Below, in pieces: positions 36,101-49,400 of a stretch of DNA of 64,000 nucleotides (position 1 is its first letter; every line of letters starts with the position of its first letter). Source of the stretch: Psilocybe cubensis (Eukaryota). The notes under the pieces were generated by a model. The model was not told where the DNA came from. It did not search any database and was given only the letters and a program-made list of their open reading frames with translations. A program made the position numbers and the translations under genes. The stretch covers positions 2,976,001-3,040,000 of the forward strand of contig CM039006.1 in the NCBI GenBank assembly GCA_017499595.2, given 5' to 3'.

Positions 36101-36840
36101 TGCGAAAATATCCACTTTCAGTCCAAACCTAAACCGCCATTAGTACCAATGTCATGTTATTGAGTCAAGTCAAATCATACGCTCACCTCAATACAATGGA
36201 AAGGGTTATGGATATGGGAGGAAAGGGTGCACTCGATACAGAAAATCTGCATGCCATAGCAATCCTTGCAACGAAAGGCACCATTACTCATATTAGACTT
36301 GCAGTCGGCAGTTGAACATTGATCCAGGGTGTTGCCACATCGTCCTTCCAACCTCAGAAACTCTTCTACATATGAATCGATATGGGGTGTCCAAAAAAGT
36401 AGCGGATGAGTCTGCATGTATCATGTGGCTTAATAAATATAGATAGACATAAATTTCAGACATACCGACTGTGTTTTCTTTTTTTGTAGCGTTTTTGTGC
36501 TCTCGAGACCATTTTCCCTGTCAGGACGAAGATATTTCTTCAGTCCCAGCGCCTCCAATTCACAATCTTCCATCTCTTCCATGTCAAGGTCGCCATCAAA
36601 AACACGATATGGAGATTGAAAAACCCAGTCAAGCTGGGGTGTAGGCAATTCTGGGGCACCGGGAGGAGGATATATAAGTGGATGAGGAGCGCCAACTGGT
36701 ACTGCCATGCGAATTGAATGTTGATTGAGTCGTCCATGATATTCAGTATGTATATCTCCTAGTAGAACTTGCTTTCGTTGTTGCTCTTCAAGAGATTCGT
36801 ACTCATTGTAGATCTGACGCTTGCAAGGTCGTCGTCCCAT
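33168..36840 (-). CDS. CxC2-domain KDZ transposase, multi-exon
   Basis: CxC2 segment LGLYIQLGH...GIHEVSLRYCGC...QLLRARLFPST...TAATF. KDZ core CPACPHPGINL, IDANFRLKR, CSRH...GDLQKGERYVNMDY, SYDIACQW, VPKFHLPAH...C, GRTDGEAPERGW. C-terminal LSWIW and RVEWCKSRARAHRWQEE. Confidence 0.93.
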
Positions 36841-37009
36841 ATTAGCGGGGGTAGTGAAGACAGTTGTTGATGCTTGGTGCTATGACCTGAAAGCAATGGA
36901 TAATCGTGGGTAATGCACATTGAACGTATATGGAAATGGGGTGCTACTAGAGCATGAATAATGGACACAGTCATGGATGGACAGCGCCATGGATAATCCG
37001 ACATGGGTC

Positions 37010-37660
37010 CATAACAATGGATAAATGAGAAGGGAATGGAAAATGAACCAATGGATAATAGACGCACCAATGGATGGACGGGATAATAGGCGGATGGAAC
37101 ACATAGACAATGGATAATTGGGACGGGAATTGATTATGGAGCGATGTATAAGAGACCTAGTCCATTGGATAAATGAGAAGGGAATGGATAATGAACCAAT
37201 GGATAATAGACACACCAATGGATGGACAGGATAGTAGGAGGATAGAACACATGGATGATGGATAATAGGGACGGGGATGGATTATGGAGTGCTGTCTAAG
37301 AGACCTAGTACATTGGATAAATGAGAAGGGAATGAATGACGGACCGATGGATAATAGACGCACCAATGGATGGACAGGATAGTAGGATGATGTAACCCAT
37401 GGATGATGGATAATGGGGACGGGGATTGATTATAGAGCGATGTATAAGAGACCTAGTACATTGAATAAATGAGAAGGGAATGAATGACGGACCGATGGAT
37501 AATAGACGCACCAATGGACAGGATAGTAGGATGATGTAACCCATGGACAATGGATAATGGGGATGGGCATTGATTATGGAGCAATGTATAAGAGACACAG
37601 TCATTGGATAAATGAGAAGGGAATGAATGACAGACCGATGGATAATGCACACACAAATGG
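37010..37660 (-). repeat. ~148-bp tandem array (~4.5 copies), right subterminal region of the KDZ element
   Basis: Anchor agagac recurs at 37151, 37299, 37447 and 37591. Each unit has several TGGATAA motifs. Confidence 0.9.
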
Positions 37661-38372
37661 ATGAACAATGCCATGAATAATTGTCAATGACTGACGCTGG
37701 GACTGTTGGTGTTTATTCATCGGGACAGCAGGAACATGGATAATTATCATAGACAGTAATTAGTGCAGTACATGTATAATCTTATTCACATCTTTGCAGA
37801 AGGTCTATATATAAAAATGACTGCTAGGCCTCATTGGTCAACATTACTGGTCATTGTGCTGGTAATGTGCTTTTCCCGAAGCACTTTCTTGCTCAGCAAG
37901 CAGCAGTGTAGAATTAGATCTGTCGGCCTGTCAATGGTATAATGATGCAGATGTCGCATTTAATCTCTAAGGATCTGAAATAGAACGAATTGCATTGATG
38001 TTTATGGGTTCAGTTCAAGACATTCAATGTGGTCTATAAATGTGATTCCACCTGCGCGTATCTAATTGATATTGAACTTACTCATCGAATATCCGAAGAA
38101 AAAATATGACACGATTCTACAGTCATTTGTGAAGGATATATAACAGTGACGCAATGATCAATGATTATTTATACCATAATATAATGTCCTGCGTTCAACT
38201 TGACGTATTGCTATGGCGCATAACTTGATAGTTGCTGCAAGTCACCGAACGCATTGAATGGTGCCAAGTAGCGGCTACATGTTATAATGCAAGCATTTGA
38301 GCAACCAGATCCTTGAATCCCTCTAAATACTATCTATCTGGAGTGTACCAGCAAAAGGGGTACTTCAGCAAT

Positions 38373-39639
38373 ATGTCTACATCTGATGTTCCTTTCTCTA
38401 TCCCCACCAGGGTTCAGATATCAGTCATTAGTGGCACTCTTAACTCCGTCGTAGTTTTTGCAATCTTAACTGGTAGGTTATATTTCATAATTGATTCATG
38501 AGCGCCAGGACGGTCCATATTGACAATTTTTAGGTGTGTACTCGATTGTCTATGTTGGGACAATGTACTTTTATAGTAAGCTATTTGTTTACTGTAATCT
38601 ATTCTCTTCTTTTAAACCTTTTAGTAACAAGACGACGCGCGACCAAGAGTAGAATGGTAGTTTTATCTACCATTTCCTTGCTTTACATCCTGTTTATGGT
38701 GCAGTTTGCGGTCCAATGGTATTATCTCAACTTGGCAATCATTGAGAACGGTGACACACGGGTTTCTATCTTCATCTCTGCCCTCACACGTGGATCGGTT
38801 ACGGTTTACGCTGTAACTCAGACCGCGTTTTGTATGATGTTTATTGTGTCCGATGCCCTACTAGTAAGTACTCTTGTATTTTAATCAATTAAAGAATTCC
38901 TAAATCACAGTATAGATATGCTATCAGGTATGGGGTCAGTCAGTCAGAGTCACTGTACTTCCAGTGGCATTAATCATGGCCGAAACCGGTGAGTAATTTG
39001 TGGTCGAGACTCAACAAAGCAGAAAACTTGAAGTGAATGCCATATCCAGGTACTTCTATAGCGCTGACAGTGTTGCCTATTGTCAAACCACGAACAACTA
39101 TCTCATCTATCTCACACTTTAAAACCCTTACATGCATTCAAGCATTTGCGTCCTTCGCTACAACAGCGTTATGTACAGTGCTGATAGGGTACAGGATCAA
39201 CAAAGTTTCGAATATGGACGGAGCCAATCGATCAAGCAGCGCACGGTTTTCTCATATCATCAAGGTTCTGATTGAGTCAGCAGCTGTCTATTTGTTCATT
39301 ATCCTCGTGTATGCTATTCAGGCAGCTATCCCCATTTCGTCTGAGAGTCTCATAAAATCCCCCTTGCTGCTTGAAGGGTATTATCTCCAGACAGTGATTA
39401 CGGCTGTTTCTGTACGTCAGTTTAGTCTCTGGTTCTGGATTCACTTAGATTTTATTCTCCTTATGTGACAGGGTCTGGCTCCAACTTTGATTGCGACAAG
39501 AATTGCATTAACGTCTGGAAAAAGCAAAATTACAGCTGAACCATTGGATAAGATTTCCCAACTAAATTTCCAGCATAGAACTTGTAATGATAGTGTAATA
39601 AGGCCCATGAATAGCTGTACCTCCTCATCCGCTGATTAA
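38373..39639 (+). CDS. Multi-pass membrane protein, 'D.LL/IWRCY..W...ES' fungal family (GPCR-like)
   Basis: Spliced FAILTG / VYSIVYVGTMYFY / VSDALL / ICYQVWG...LPVALIMAE / TVLIGYRI...IKVLIESAAVY / GLAPTLIATRIA. Confidence 0.75.
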
Positions 39640-40522
39640 TAGACACCATGTTTCTTGGATAGACAGTAACACCTTGTATCTAGAGGACACACTCAATACA
39701 CTCAACTGCGAGCGAGATCCTGATAAATGTGTTGATGGAGACTCCGGTATGTCTCGCCTCGTTGTCTGGCCCTCGTCTATATTTGTAATGGTCACCCTGA
39801 AGGAGTTTAACAAAAAAAGGAATTCCCATGTCTTTAAAGAGAGTTGATCATTATCAGTGCTATACCGCTGGATGTCTTTTTCTGCGGGTAGAACTTTTCT
39901 TCAATGCATAAGCGGATAGTTGGTCGTTAGTTAACAGAGTATTATTCAACCATGGGAAAATTGGTTTACAAAATTACCCAGTAAAATAAAGAGCTAGACG
40001 GTCTACGAAAGATGAAGAGACGTGTATCAGCGGCACAGCGCAAAGAACCATTGTGAATGATCCCAGAAGCGAATAGAAAATTGAGGCCGATAAATGGACC
40101 TGCGGGGCGATCATGTTATTTCATCAGTTTCAAACCCCTTCAGACATTCTGATTATCTTGAGGAATTCGTTGACGTTGATCATCAGGGCAAGAATACAGC
40201 TCGCCACGACCATCAAGAAGCCAAATCGTGAGTAAAAGTCTCGATTTGAAGACCGTGCGTGGGAACTTAAGAGTGATTAGCGCATTTGAGATAGCGAATT
40301 CAAGCGAACTCGTGGGGCATTCTGGCCATGCCTGATATACCAGCTGATACTAAGCAATTACAACTGTAGACTAGGCTGCTCAGAGCAAAGTACGCGTGAG
40401 AAGAGTCTTCTTTATTGCAGCAATGAATCCCCAAAAGGTTTCTTGGTGTATTGCGTATAAAGGGTGAGTTTGAAACCCTGTCTCCCTGCTTAATTAATTG
40501 CTTACAGTCGAGACTTCTCGGA

Positions 40523-42289
40523 ATGAGCGCAGAGAGTATTCCCCCCGCACTTTTCGGTCAGCTGAGGGATGTACAAATCACTCGTTTTGCACAGTGTATG
40601 TTCTTCATCTTTCATTTCCACCAAGCGCAGGCTGTCAGTGTAATTGTCTGAAATGCACAGTATCCTCTCAGACCATTATAATCCTCGAGCACTGTAGGTA
40701 TTCCAAGCTGTTTGGTAATCCAAAGGAATACTGGAGGATAACACTTAAATGATTTCAAGTTCTAACGTTTGACCAAGAGGTATGCCCCAACAATCCAAGT
40801 TCTCAGTTGTCTCAGCAGACTGACTCAAGCTCCAGGTTAACTTGATATGGGTGGGTGAAGTACTTAATACAATAGAAGTACTCTTATCATCTTGCCATTT
40901 CAGAAAAGCCCATGGTCATTGGTGAAGATTCTCTTCTTATGTGTGCGTCGCCATTACAAAAATAGAGATTCCAACATTGCTTGTGATTAACTGTGTCAGT
41001 TAGATTCGATATTATGGTTTGGCGAGCGCAGCGTAGGTATCATTCATTACCATATTAACATTCATAGACTCATTTCCCCTCCCGGGACCGCAATTCAGAC
41101 TGAATGACTATAGTAAATTCTGCTCTTCGACTATTTTAATTGCTAACTTAACGAAAATTTTCAAGTTTTGTTCCCTCTAACAATAACTGATTCGGTAGGT
41201 GGAAAAATTGAAGTATTTTAGGTACTAAATTCTCCTTTTTCAGAGGTAGGACTAGTATTCATATGTCTAATTATATCCGAAGCTTGATTCAAAATAGCTG
41301 TAAGTTGATATTCTCATCGTTGATAAACAATTCAATAGCGATCTGACACTTTTCATGTGACATAGGTCTGAGGTACTTCCAATGGCAAGGATGGACAACA
41401 TTAGCAATTAGTATGATGGCCGAAGGTCTGTAAAGATCTATTTTACCAACTCCCTAGCTAATCTATTGTCAACCCATTGATTTAGGAGTGCTTCAAATTC
41501 GAATATACGCCATGTATTTCCACAATAAAACGGTTCTTGTTGTGCTTCTGATATGCTTCGGCATGACTTCGACAGCATCAGCTACGATGATGGCACTGTC
41601 AGCGCGGACGTTGCAACGTAAGTAGTGGCGTCATTTCACTCTAGTAGGCTAGTATTGAAATTAAATTGTCAGCGGTGGCAATCGCAACGCCAATAGGCCT
41701 AACATGTGCTCTCCGTCGCGCGCCAGGAAGCTTCTACGCTTATTGGATACCCCTGCTTTGTTTTGAGGGATTGCTATGTGTATTGGCCCTCATCAGGGGG
41801 ATTCAGATGTCCAGAGCCATTGACCCAACTGAAAGTAGGGAACCAGTACAACCCTCATTTTCGCCCCTCACACGGGGTAAGCGGGTAATAGACATGCTAT
41901 ACCGCGGTTCGATCGTCTACTTCCTAGCGTAAGTAAAGGTTTATACGTCTACTGACATCGTTCATGACTAATATCACTCTTACTCACCAATAGTATCGGT
42001 GCAACGTTCATGATCACCATAATATTTTGGCTGACTTTACCTGTATGTCTATCAACCTATATAGTCTCGCTAAATGCTCACGCATCAGTAACCCACGTTG
42101 TAGCTCGGTTTGAGCATGGCCCCACTAGGATATTGTATCACACTTCCATGCGTCATTGCCAACCGACTAGTGCTAAGTGTGCGTGGAGCAGCGCAATGGG
42201 ATACCACAATGGGAAATATGACAACGTTCGAGGTTAGGGTCGACACGGCTGATCCAGATTCAGAATTGGGGAAGGATTCGGGTGAATGA
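40523..42289 (+). CDS. DUF6533-like multi-pass membrane protein, multi-exon
   Basis: MSAESIP...DVQITRFAQ / LTFDQE / VNLIW / PWSLVKILF / RYYGL / QWQGW / LQIRIYAMY / YWIPLLCFE / YRGSIVYF / VIANRLVLSVR. Confidence 0.8.
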
Positions 42290-43452
42290 AGCGTGGCCCA
42301 AGTCAATATAGTGAAGCAGAACTAGTGAATCTGAAATCCTAAATTTTGCGTAGAACAGAGCAGATGCGAAGCAGCAGTGAAATTAAGAGACAGCAGAGGT
42401 AGGATATAGCGCGCAATAGGAACGCGCGCGTAGATGTTAAAACTGGATGAGGTTACATATATCCATAAGGACGGGCTTGTAAAGCTCACCATATTGATCT
42501 TCCATATAGCATTGACCTTGCTCCTGTTCATGCTCACGCAATGACATAGACCACTCCATGAGTTTGTCAGAACGAAAGGGCATCGCTTGAAACTATTCAG
42601 GAGACACAATTGGCTTTGATTTCGGCACCTTCATCTGAGTTTTGCTTAGATCAGGAGTTCTGGGTCTCCACCCATCATGCTGCATGGCCTCCACAAGCCT
42701 CGCCAAGCTCCAGCACTCCTCCATCCCAAAATGATATCGCTCGTCCTTGGACAATGCCAGTTGACCCATCATCTTGCGCAGAGGTTTCGTCTGTTTCAAC
42801 TTGTACTGCCTTGCGAACGCTTTCTTGATGTTGAGACGCGATATTGGACTGAGAAGAGACAGGTCGTCGAGATGGGAATCCACCAATGATTTGTATGCCA
42901 GTTGCGCTGGAAGAATTTCGTTCAGGTCCGCTTTATCGTATGTGAGAAATGCAGTAGTGGATGGGTCACGGAGTACATCGTGATATTGTAAAAATTCTTT
43001 GAACCTCTTCCAAACAGGCGGAAACAAATCGGCGTTCTCAACCATATCCTATCGCGCATATGTGTGGTAGACGTGAACAAGTTGTGATGATGATGACATT
43101 ATGCTACAACACAGCGTACCTGTCGTACCCCAGTGACTTGCGCGCACTTCTGGTCAATAGCACGAATCCGCGAAGGCTTGACGTACTCGTGGAACGACGC
43201 GTACACTTTCCTGTCGCGTAGGTTGTATAGCAGCGCTGGCATTTCTATGATCTCCCGGATGATGGGTGTCCTGGTAACTTCAAGTTTCATTATTATCAGT
43301 GAGTTGAGATGTATACGTGGACGCTTGATAGCACTGGCGAGGACCATCGTTCCACAGCTCGTTGGCGTTATCGAAGATGGATATCAACGACTACAATTTG
43401 ACGGTGACAATATTGGGTGCAGTTGATGCTTCCGTTGTGATCCGTAGGCGAC
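41067..43452 (+). repeat. Segmental duplication, copy A
   Basis: Direct repeat of 51560-53977. Near-identical up to about 43265, clearly more diverged over the last ~190 bp. Confidence 0.95.
42593..43347 (-). CDS. ERI1-like DEDDh 3'-5' exonuclease homologue with altered active site (copy A)
   Basis: Two exons (intron 43119-43049): LIIMKLEVT...EIIEMPALLYNL...FHEYVKP...CAQVTGVRQ/DMVENADLFPPVW...AFLTYDKADL...LNIKKAF...YHFGMEEC...GWRP, collinear with ERI1-family motifs. Confidence 0.75.
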
Positions 43453-46400
43453 TTACAACTTGGAATATAGAGCTCATCCAGTCTTGTCCAGATGAAAATG
43501 GTGACTTGCACACTCAATACAGGCTGTAAACTATGCCTTTCCACTCATGCTTCCACAGCAATCTCTGTCCCGTCCACCGTCAGCGCCACCCCACCACTCA
43601 ACCGACGCTCCCTCGCAATATCTACTCTGCGATTAACCGTGGTGCGGGACATAGCCGAGACCTCAGCATGTTCTTTCCGCATACACACTCATCCATCATC
43701 CCCTCTGCCAGCTCCACCTCCACTCCTTCCCCCTCTCTCTACCATTATGCGACACAACAGTGTTTTATCCTGCAAACACACCAATCTACAACGTACCTGT
43801 ATGCTTTGGGGTTGTGAGTGAGTCATTGCTCACCCTTGTACACGTCTTCAGAGGGGATGCGCAGGTGTCAAGCCGTACACACCGTCAAAATGTCCCCACC
43901 AGTCGTCGCAATCGCCCTCTGTCATCGTTGTGCTGGGTGCCGAGTCAAGGGAAAGGTGTGTCAATTCACTCATCGTCAGCGTCTGCGAGCAGCTTGGTAC
44001 TCACAGGGCCCCGTGTTCCTCAGACTCCAACCGTCTGCCTTGTTGCATACAATGTCCGTCAACACTTCTATCTCACCGTCATCGCCTCCTCAGCCGCTAC
44101 ATATCTTCGACGTCGTGGGGGATAAAACGATGCTGGCATGTAGAATCGGGCGTCAAGTGTGAGCGGGGTGGTACGGTATGCGAGTTGGTTGGTATTGGGG
44201 ACTCTACAACCTACCTGTATACATTGTGGTTGTGGACCGCAGGGAGCAGGTTGGTGCGGTCCTGCACTGCGTCGTGTGAGTCACATCTTCATCTCATAAA
44301 TGGGACTTTGCTCACCATCGTCGACATCTTCAAAGGGGATGCGCAGGTTTCATCGTTGTGCTGGGTGCCGAGTCAAGGGAGAGGTGTGTCAATGTCATTT
44401 GATACTCACCCGCGCTCGTGTTCCATAAACCCATGGTCTAGTTCTCCTTCGTCGTCATCGTGCCGAGTGTTGAGGTCGAGAGTCCGAGGGCGGCGGCGGA
44501 TGGCTGGTCAGTTGTGTCCGTGAGTCAAACACAAGGTGTGTCACTAAATGTCATCACAATGGGTGCGCATCATGCTTACCTGTACCCATGTCCCATCGAC
44601 TCACCATCTTTGGTCACCACACACTTCCCTCACACGTTCGCCATCGTCGTCATCACGTCGGCTCGTTGTTCAGGTCTGTGACGAGTTGAGCGTCAAAGGC
44701 AAAGTTTGTGAGTATCTCCTATCCCATTAGACACCACCGTACTCACCGCTGTGCGTGATCCCTCACCTCTCCATCATTGGGCTTCAGCCATTGCCTTCAT
44801 CCATTCTCCTTCGTCTTCATTATTTCCAGTGTCGAGGCGGGCAGTCTAACGGCGCCGGGGAATGCTTCGCTCGTCGTATGCAGAGTTGGAGAGTCAAAAA
44901 GCAAGGTCGGTCAGTGTCCCGCATAACAATGGCCATCAGGGTACTCACCAATGTTAGTGTTCACTCAACCAGTCACTCCACATTGCCCTCCTCCGTTATC
45001 CTTCGTCGTCATTGTTCCCGGTGATGAGGTGGGCAGTCCAAAGGCAGCGGGGAATGCGTGGTGGTGGTTGTGTCCAGTGCCGAGGTCAAGGTTCAAACGC
45101 AAGGTGTGTTAATATCTCTCATCACAATGGAGACGTGCTCACCTCTTCTCGTGTTCCAGTCTTTTAGCATTGCGTCGCCGTCATCGTGCGCGTGTCTAGG
45201 TCGACGGTCTGGGGGATGTGGGGAATGCAAGGGATAGGTGTGTCAGTGTTTGTCTGTAAAAGGTGTATCATCCTACTTACAGTTCTATTAGTCTCGTTAA
45301 GCGGAGCGGGCTGTGTTGGCGTCAGCGTCGGGCATGGAAACGTCTACAGTACGGTAGTTCACCGTCTCTCCCAGCATGTTGCGCTGGCATAGGTATGTCA
45401 GTGTGGTCAACCGAATTACAGATGCGGCCGTCTACTCACCGTCGCTTACACAGTCCCTCTCTCTATCCAAACGTTGTCAAATTCATCACGTACGTTGTGT
45501 AACACATTATACAGACTCACCATGCTGAACGACACCAGGTGCGGGCCCAGGGGACTTGGGAGACATGGCGGGTGTGCTGGCAAGGTGCGTCAGCAGTGTT
45601 CAGCGCGTCGGGTGTGCAGTGGCTTACCGTGTTCGCTGTTCGCGCTATACACCTGCACAGTGCCGAGGGTGAAAGAATGCGGGTCAGTACGCTGTGCTGT
45701 GGGCTAGGCTCGGCACTTACCACTGGCGGCACACACTACAGTCCTCAACATGTACATCAGCAAGGGCGTCAGTGAGAGGAAGAGGGTGCTCACCATCGTT
45801 CTCGGCGTCCGTGGATACAGGGAACAGGCGCAGAGCGGGAAAAAAGAGGGGGGAACTGAAGTAAAGGGAAGAGGATGAGGGAATGAAAAATGCCAGCGAG
45901 GTGCGTGCCCTTTATATACCCGCCGTGCTTCTAGTACTAGTGTTACTAGTACGCCTGTTACATGTCGTAAGTAGCACAAATATACAACTTTTTTTTTTTT
46001 TCGTCGCTTGTGGTTACGCGAGGTGTGGTCCGGTCGCCCGTGTGTGAGATATTGGATGAAACTATTCCTCTGGAATACTCAATCGTGCGTTTATTTGAAA
46101 AAATAGGTGACTTTTCAAGTTGGTTTTTGGTGCTGATTGGAAATGAACGTGCATTGTCAAGCGACTTTTCTAGTTCCTTTTGATTGCACATTTCAACAAT
46201 TCTTGATTGAAATTATCGAAGATTTGCTCAATAAACTCAGGCAATTGCAGATTTCTACATTCCACACATAAATAAAACCCCCAAGGTCAACAAGTACCGG
46301 ATTTGTGACATAATTCATTATTTCAGAATAGCCCGGAGCGACGACACCCAAATATCTCGACACCACCTCCAAGCTTCCACAAAACTTCATGACTCGGGAA

Positions 46401-49400
46401 CCTATACGTACCCAGCACACAAATACATACGTACACTCTATCCAAATCGCATTCTAGCACGCCCGGTACACGGCGAGGTGCTGTGGACATGATACAGAAC
46501 CCATCTTCTGACTCGCAGCAACAAATTGAACGCCGCGCTTCAGCTAGTGCAGTTGACGTTATTCATGTTTGGACTAGTGCTTTTCGGGGCCGAGGTAGAG
46601 AGGAAACGTTTGGAAATGGTGTATTTGGTGATTTGGGAGAGGAGGAGGGGGTCCGGTTGGCTGGGAATGTATTTGCGAATTGAGATTTCCCTACGCAAGG
46701 AGTGGATGGGATGGGTTGGAAAAGCAGTCCTCTGGTCTATATATAACGTTAATCGAGGTGTATATGCAGATAACGGGTGTAAATGGATGGTACACAGGTA
46801 AATATGCTCCAGACACTCAGTGAAAGTTTACAATTCATTTCGCAATCGAGGTGCAAATCTCATGTTGAGTCGTGTTCATACATATATCCTTAACAGTATT
46901 ATACAGAAATAAGGTCTTTGTGGCTGCTACGTGCTGTAAATCGACCTATTCTGCACAAATGTGTTCGCAAACCTTCAATTTGCACCCACACAAAACTTCA
47001 AGACCAGTTCCCATTCATCCAATTCACGGCTCACCTAATACATTTTAAACAACGTACAAGACCCCCCAATAGCCAGAAAACCACGAAATAGACGCAGAAT
47101 CGTGTGGAACCTCCATTACACACTGCAACAACCTGAGGACCGATGTCGTTGCTCTCATTTTTTCAAACCTTCTAGGTTGCCTAACGGCACCCTAGCCGAG
47201 CCGATCAGGTCCCCGCTAGTACCGGGAAGAGCCCACGATGAAAGGAGACGTCGATTTTAGGCTGGAATTGCGAATTGGGGGAGGGTAGGATGATTGGATT
47301 GTACGTGAGTTGGATTGAATGTGGTGCTGAATTTTTTGATATCGTCAACCTGGGATGGATAGAACGGATATGGACTGTCTATCAGTGTATGAATATGGGG
47401 ATGGTATGTGGTTAAATGTGTGTATTAGCAACAACTCGAAGAATACAATCCAAGCCCGTATCCGGGCGCCTAAGTCTTAGCAATTCGTTGAACCCGATCT
47501 GACCCAAACCAAGTCACCTTCTACTATTATTAGACTATATTACACGACTCTTCACCTCCCAAGAGGTCAAATTCACGCAGTGAACATCATAGACACTAGA
47601 AACACATGATTTGGTTTGGACAAAGTCTTTACAATTCCTACCACAAAACCTGATCCCCGGGCCACCAACTCATCAGTCACGCATCCCAACACTCCGAGCC
47701 GCATTAACCACTCTCCAGAACAACGGAAATGCGGAAAACGGCTCGCAGAAGTTAGACACGTCGTCAATACAATGTTGAAATCAATGAGAGTGAACCAATC
47801 TTCCACCGGCTTCTGGGCTTTGGAACTCTCCGTTTGAACGTTATCCATTAGCCGAGCAGTGCTAGACTATTCCAGATTCGGACCGGGATTGAAAGGAGAC
47901 GATTGAAACGAGGGGAACGACGATTTTGGGGACGAGGAGAGGTTTGGTGATCTTGACACTTTGGCATCGTGTACTCGGTTTCTAACATTTGATAGTGATA
48001 TACCAATGTATTTTCACTCAATATGAAACGTTTCAGTGCCCTATGCAGCGCTCCCGCACTCAATACTGGTGTATAAGCGTTTTGGATATGTTTGCACGGT
48101 CTGAAGCCAAATCTTTCTTCAATTTATCTCAAATCTTCGCATCGCCATCATATTAACTCACACATATGTAGGTTACACCTCCCAACTCCATATACACCTT
48201 CAAAGTGTCCTATTTAGATGGATAGTCGCTGGATTTGCCTGCTACGTCATCACACGGCCCTCTAAACTTGAACATTGCGACTCAACTTATGACGCCATGC
48301 AATGGCTCCGAACACCCGAAGCACTAATCCGATTTTGGGTGCACTTCGATTGACGCGAAATAGACTGAAATGCTGTTCAAAATATCAACGAGCCGATGAC
48401 TCTGTGTGCGAGTTTCAGGGGAAATTACCGTTCACGCATGAAATGCATCTCTCAGGGACCAGTTTGCGTTCCCAGATCAAAGATATTGACCTAGATATGA
48501 TGAATCCATCGGTTAATTCGATACATTCTGTTTCAATTATTTTTCTCAGAAGCAGTGCGTCATACACGTACCATACGAGGCATTTGAGCCGATTCTGATA
48601 GACTTTGCATCAGTAAGGTATGATACAGGTACGAACAGCTTATCTTATCGAGCACCCAAGACTTGTATCGAGAGCACAAAGCGTCCCGTCTCACGCAGAA
48701 TATCTACATTGCTAGACGTTGTTGTGCGTTTCCGATGCACCTGGAGTTCCAAATCAACTCAAAACATGCCCAAACGCGCTCCCGGCCGTGCTAGATAACC
48801 CACAGACATAGTTGAGTGGGTAGTCGACTGTAAAACCAACTTACGTAAATGGGGACCTGAATAAACAATCGCAGAGATTTAAAATTAGGCAGAAATCGCG
48901 ATGGCGATTTTGAACAGATCGGGCGCTTACCGGACTATACCCAAAGCGGATGCGTAGGAAGCAGCGTAGCTTAATTGCATGTTACAGCAGTATTTGCTGA
49001 GATGTGTCGTCATCCGTAATAGCCTGTAGGTGTTTGATACGCGGAGAAGAGTCCGTCGCCAGCAATGAACCCTGAGACGCGTCGACGCGTCGCGTTTAGG
49101 TGACTTGATGGGCTATTTTGGGAGTCGCGTAGCACTTGTATGCAAATTTCCAGCGGGATTTTTGGTGTAAGGAAATGATTTGAATGAGCTAAAGTGTTTG
49201 ACAAGGTGAGTCAGTGTTGTTCCAAGGAAAGGACGTAGCCGTACGAGTGCACGTAATGCTACGCGGTTGGGAGGCAACGATAAACAAACATACGCGTCTA
49301 GTAGCTCCGTGACTAGACTATGCTGAAATCATGGAGCGGGTATTGTAATGATATTCGGGATGTACGCGAGTTGTGGATTGCAGGGACGTACAATCAAATG

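Larger units (their letters stand above)
25789..37780 (-). mobile_element. Putative ~12 kb KDZ (Kyakuja-Dileera-Zisupton) DNA transposon with cargo genes; exact ends unresolved
   Basis: CxC2-KDZ transposase plus four neighbouring genes, bracketed by inverted tandem arrays sharing ATTATCCAT and by an imperfect inverted repeat (25789-25835 vs 37736-37780). No TSD found. Confidence 0.7.

Noticed and set aside
36759-37674. ORFs such as MVRLLSIG...
   Set aside because: Translations of the 148-bp tandem array.
25789-37780. TET/JBP dioxygenase cargo expected near KDZ
   Set aside because: No 2OG-Fe(II) HxD...H...R pattern recognised in any cargo gene.
25440-38000. Exact TIR/TSD for the KDZ element, e.g. 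CACTA at ~25497 vs CAGTG at ~37904
   Set aside because: No extended inverted match or flanking duplication found by eye.
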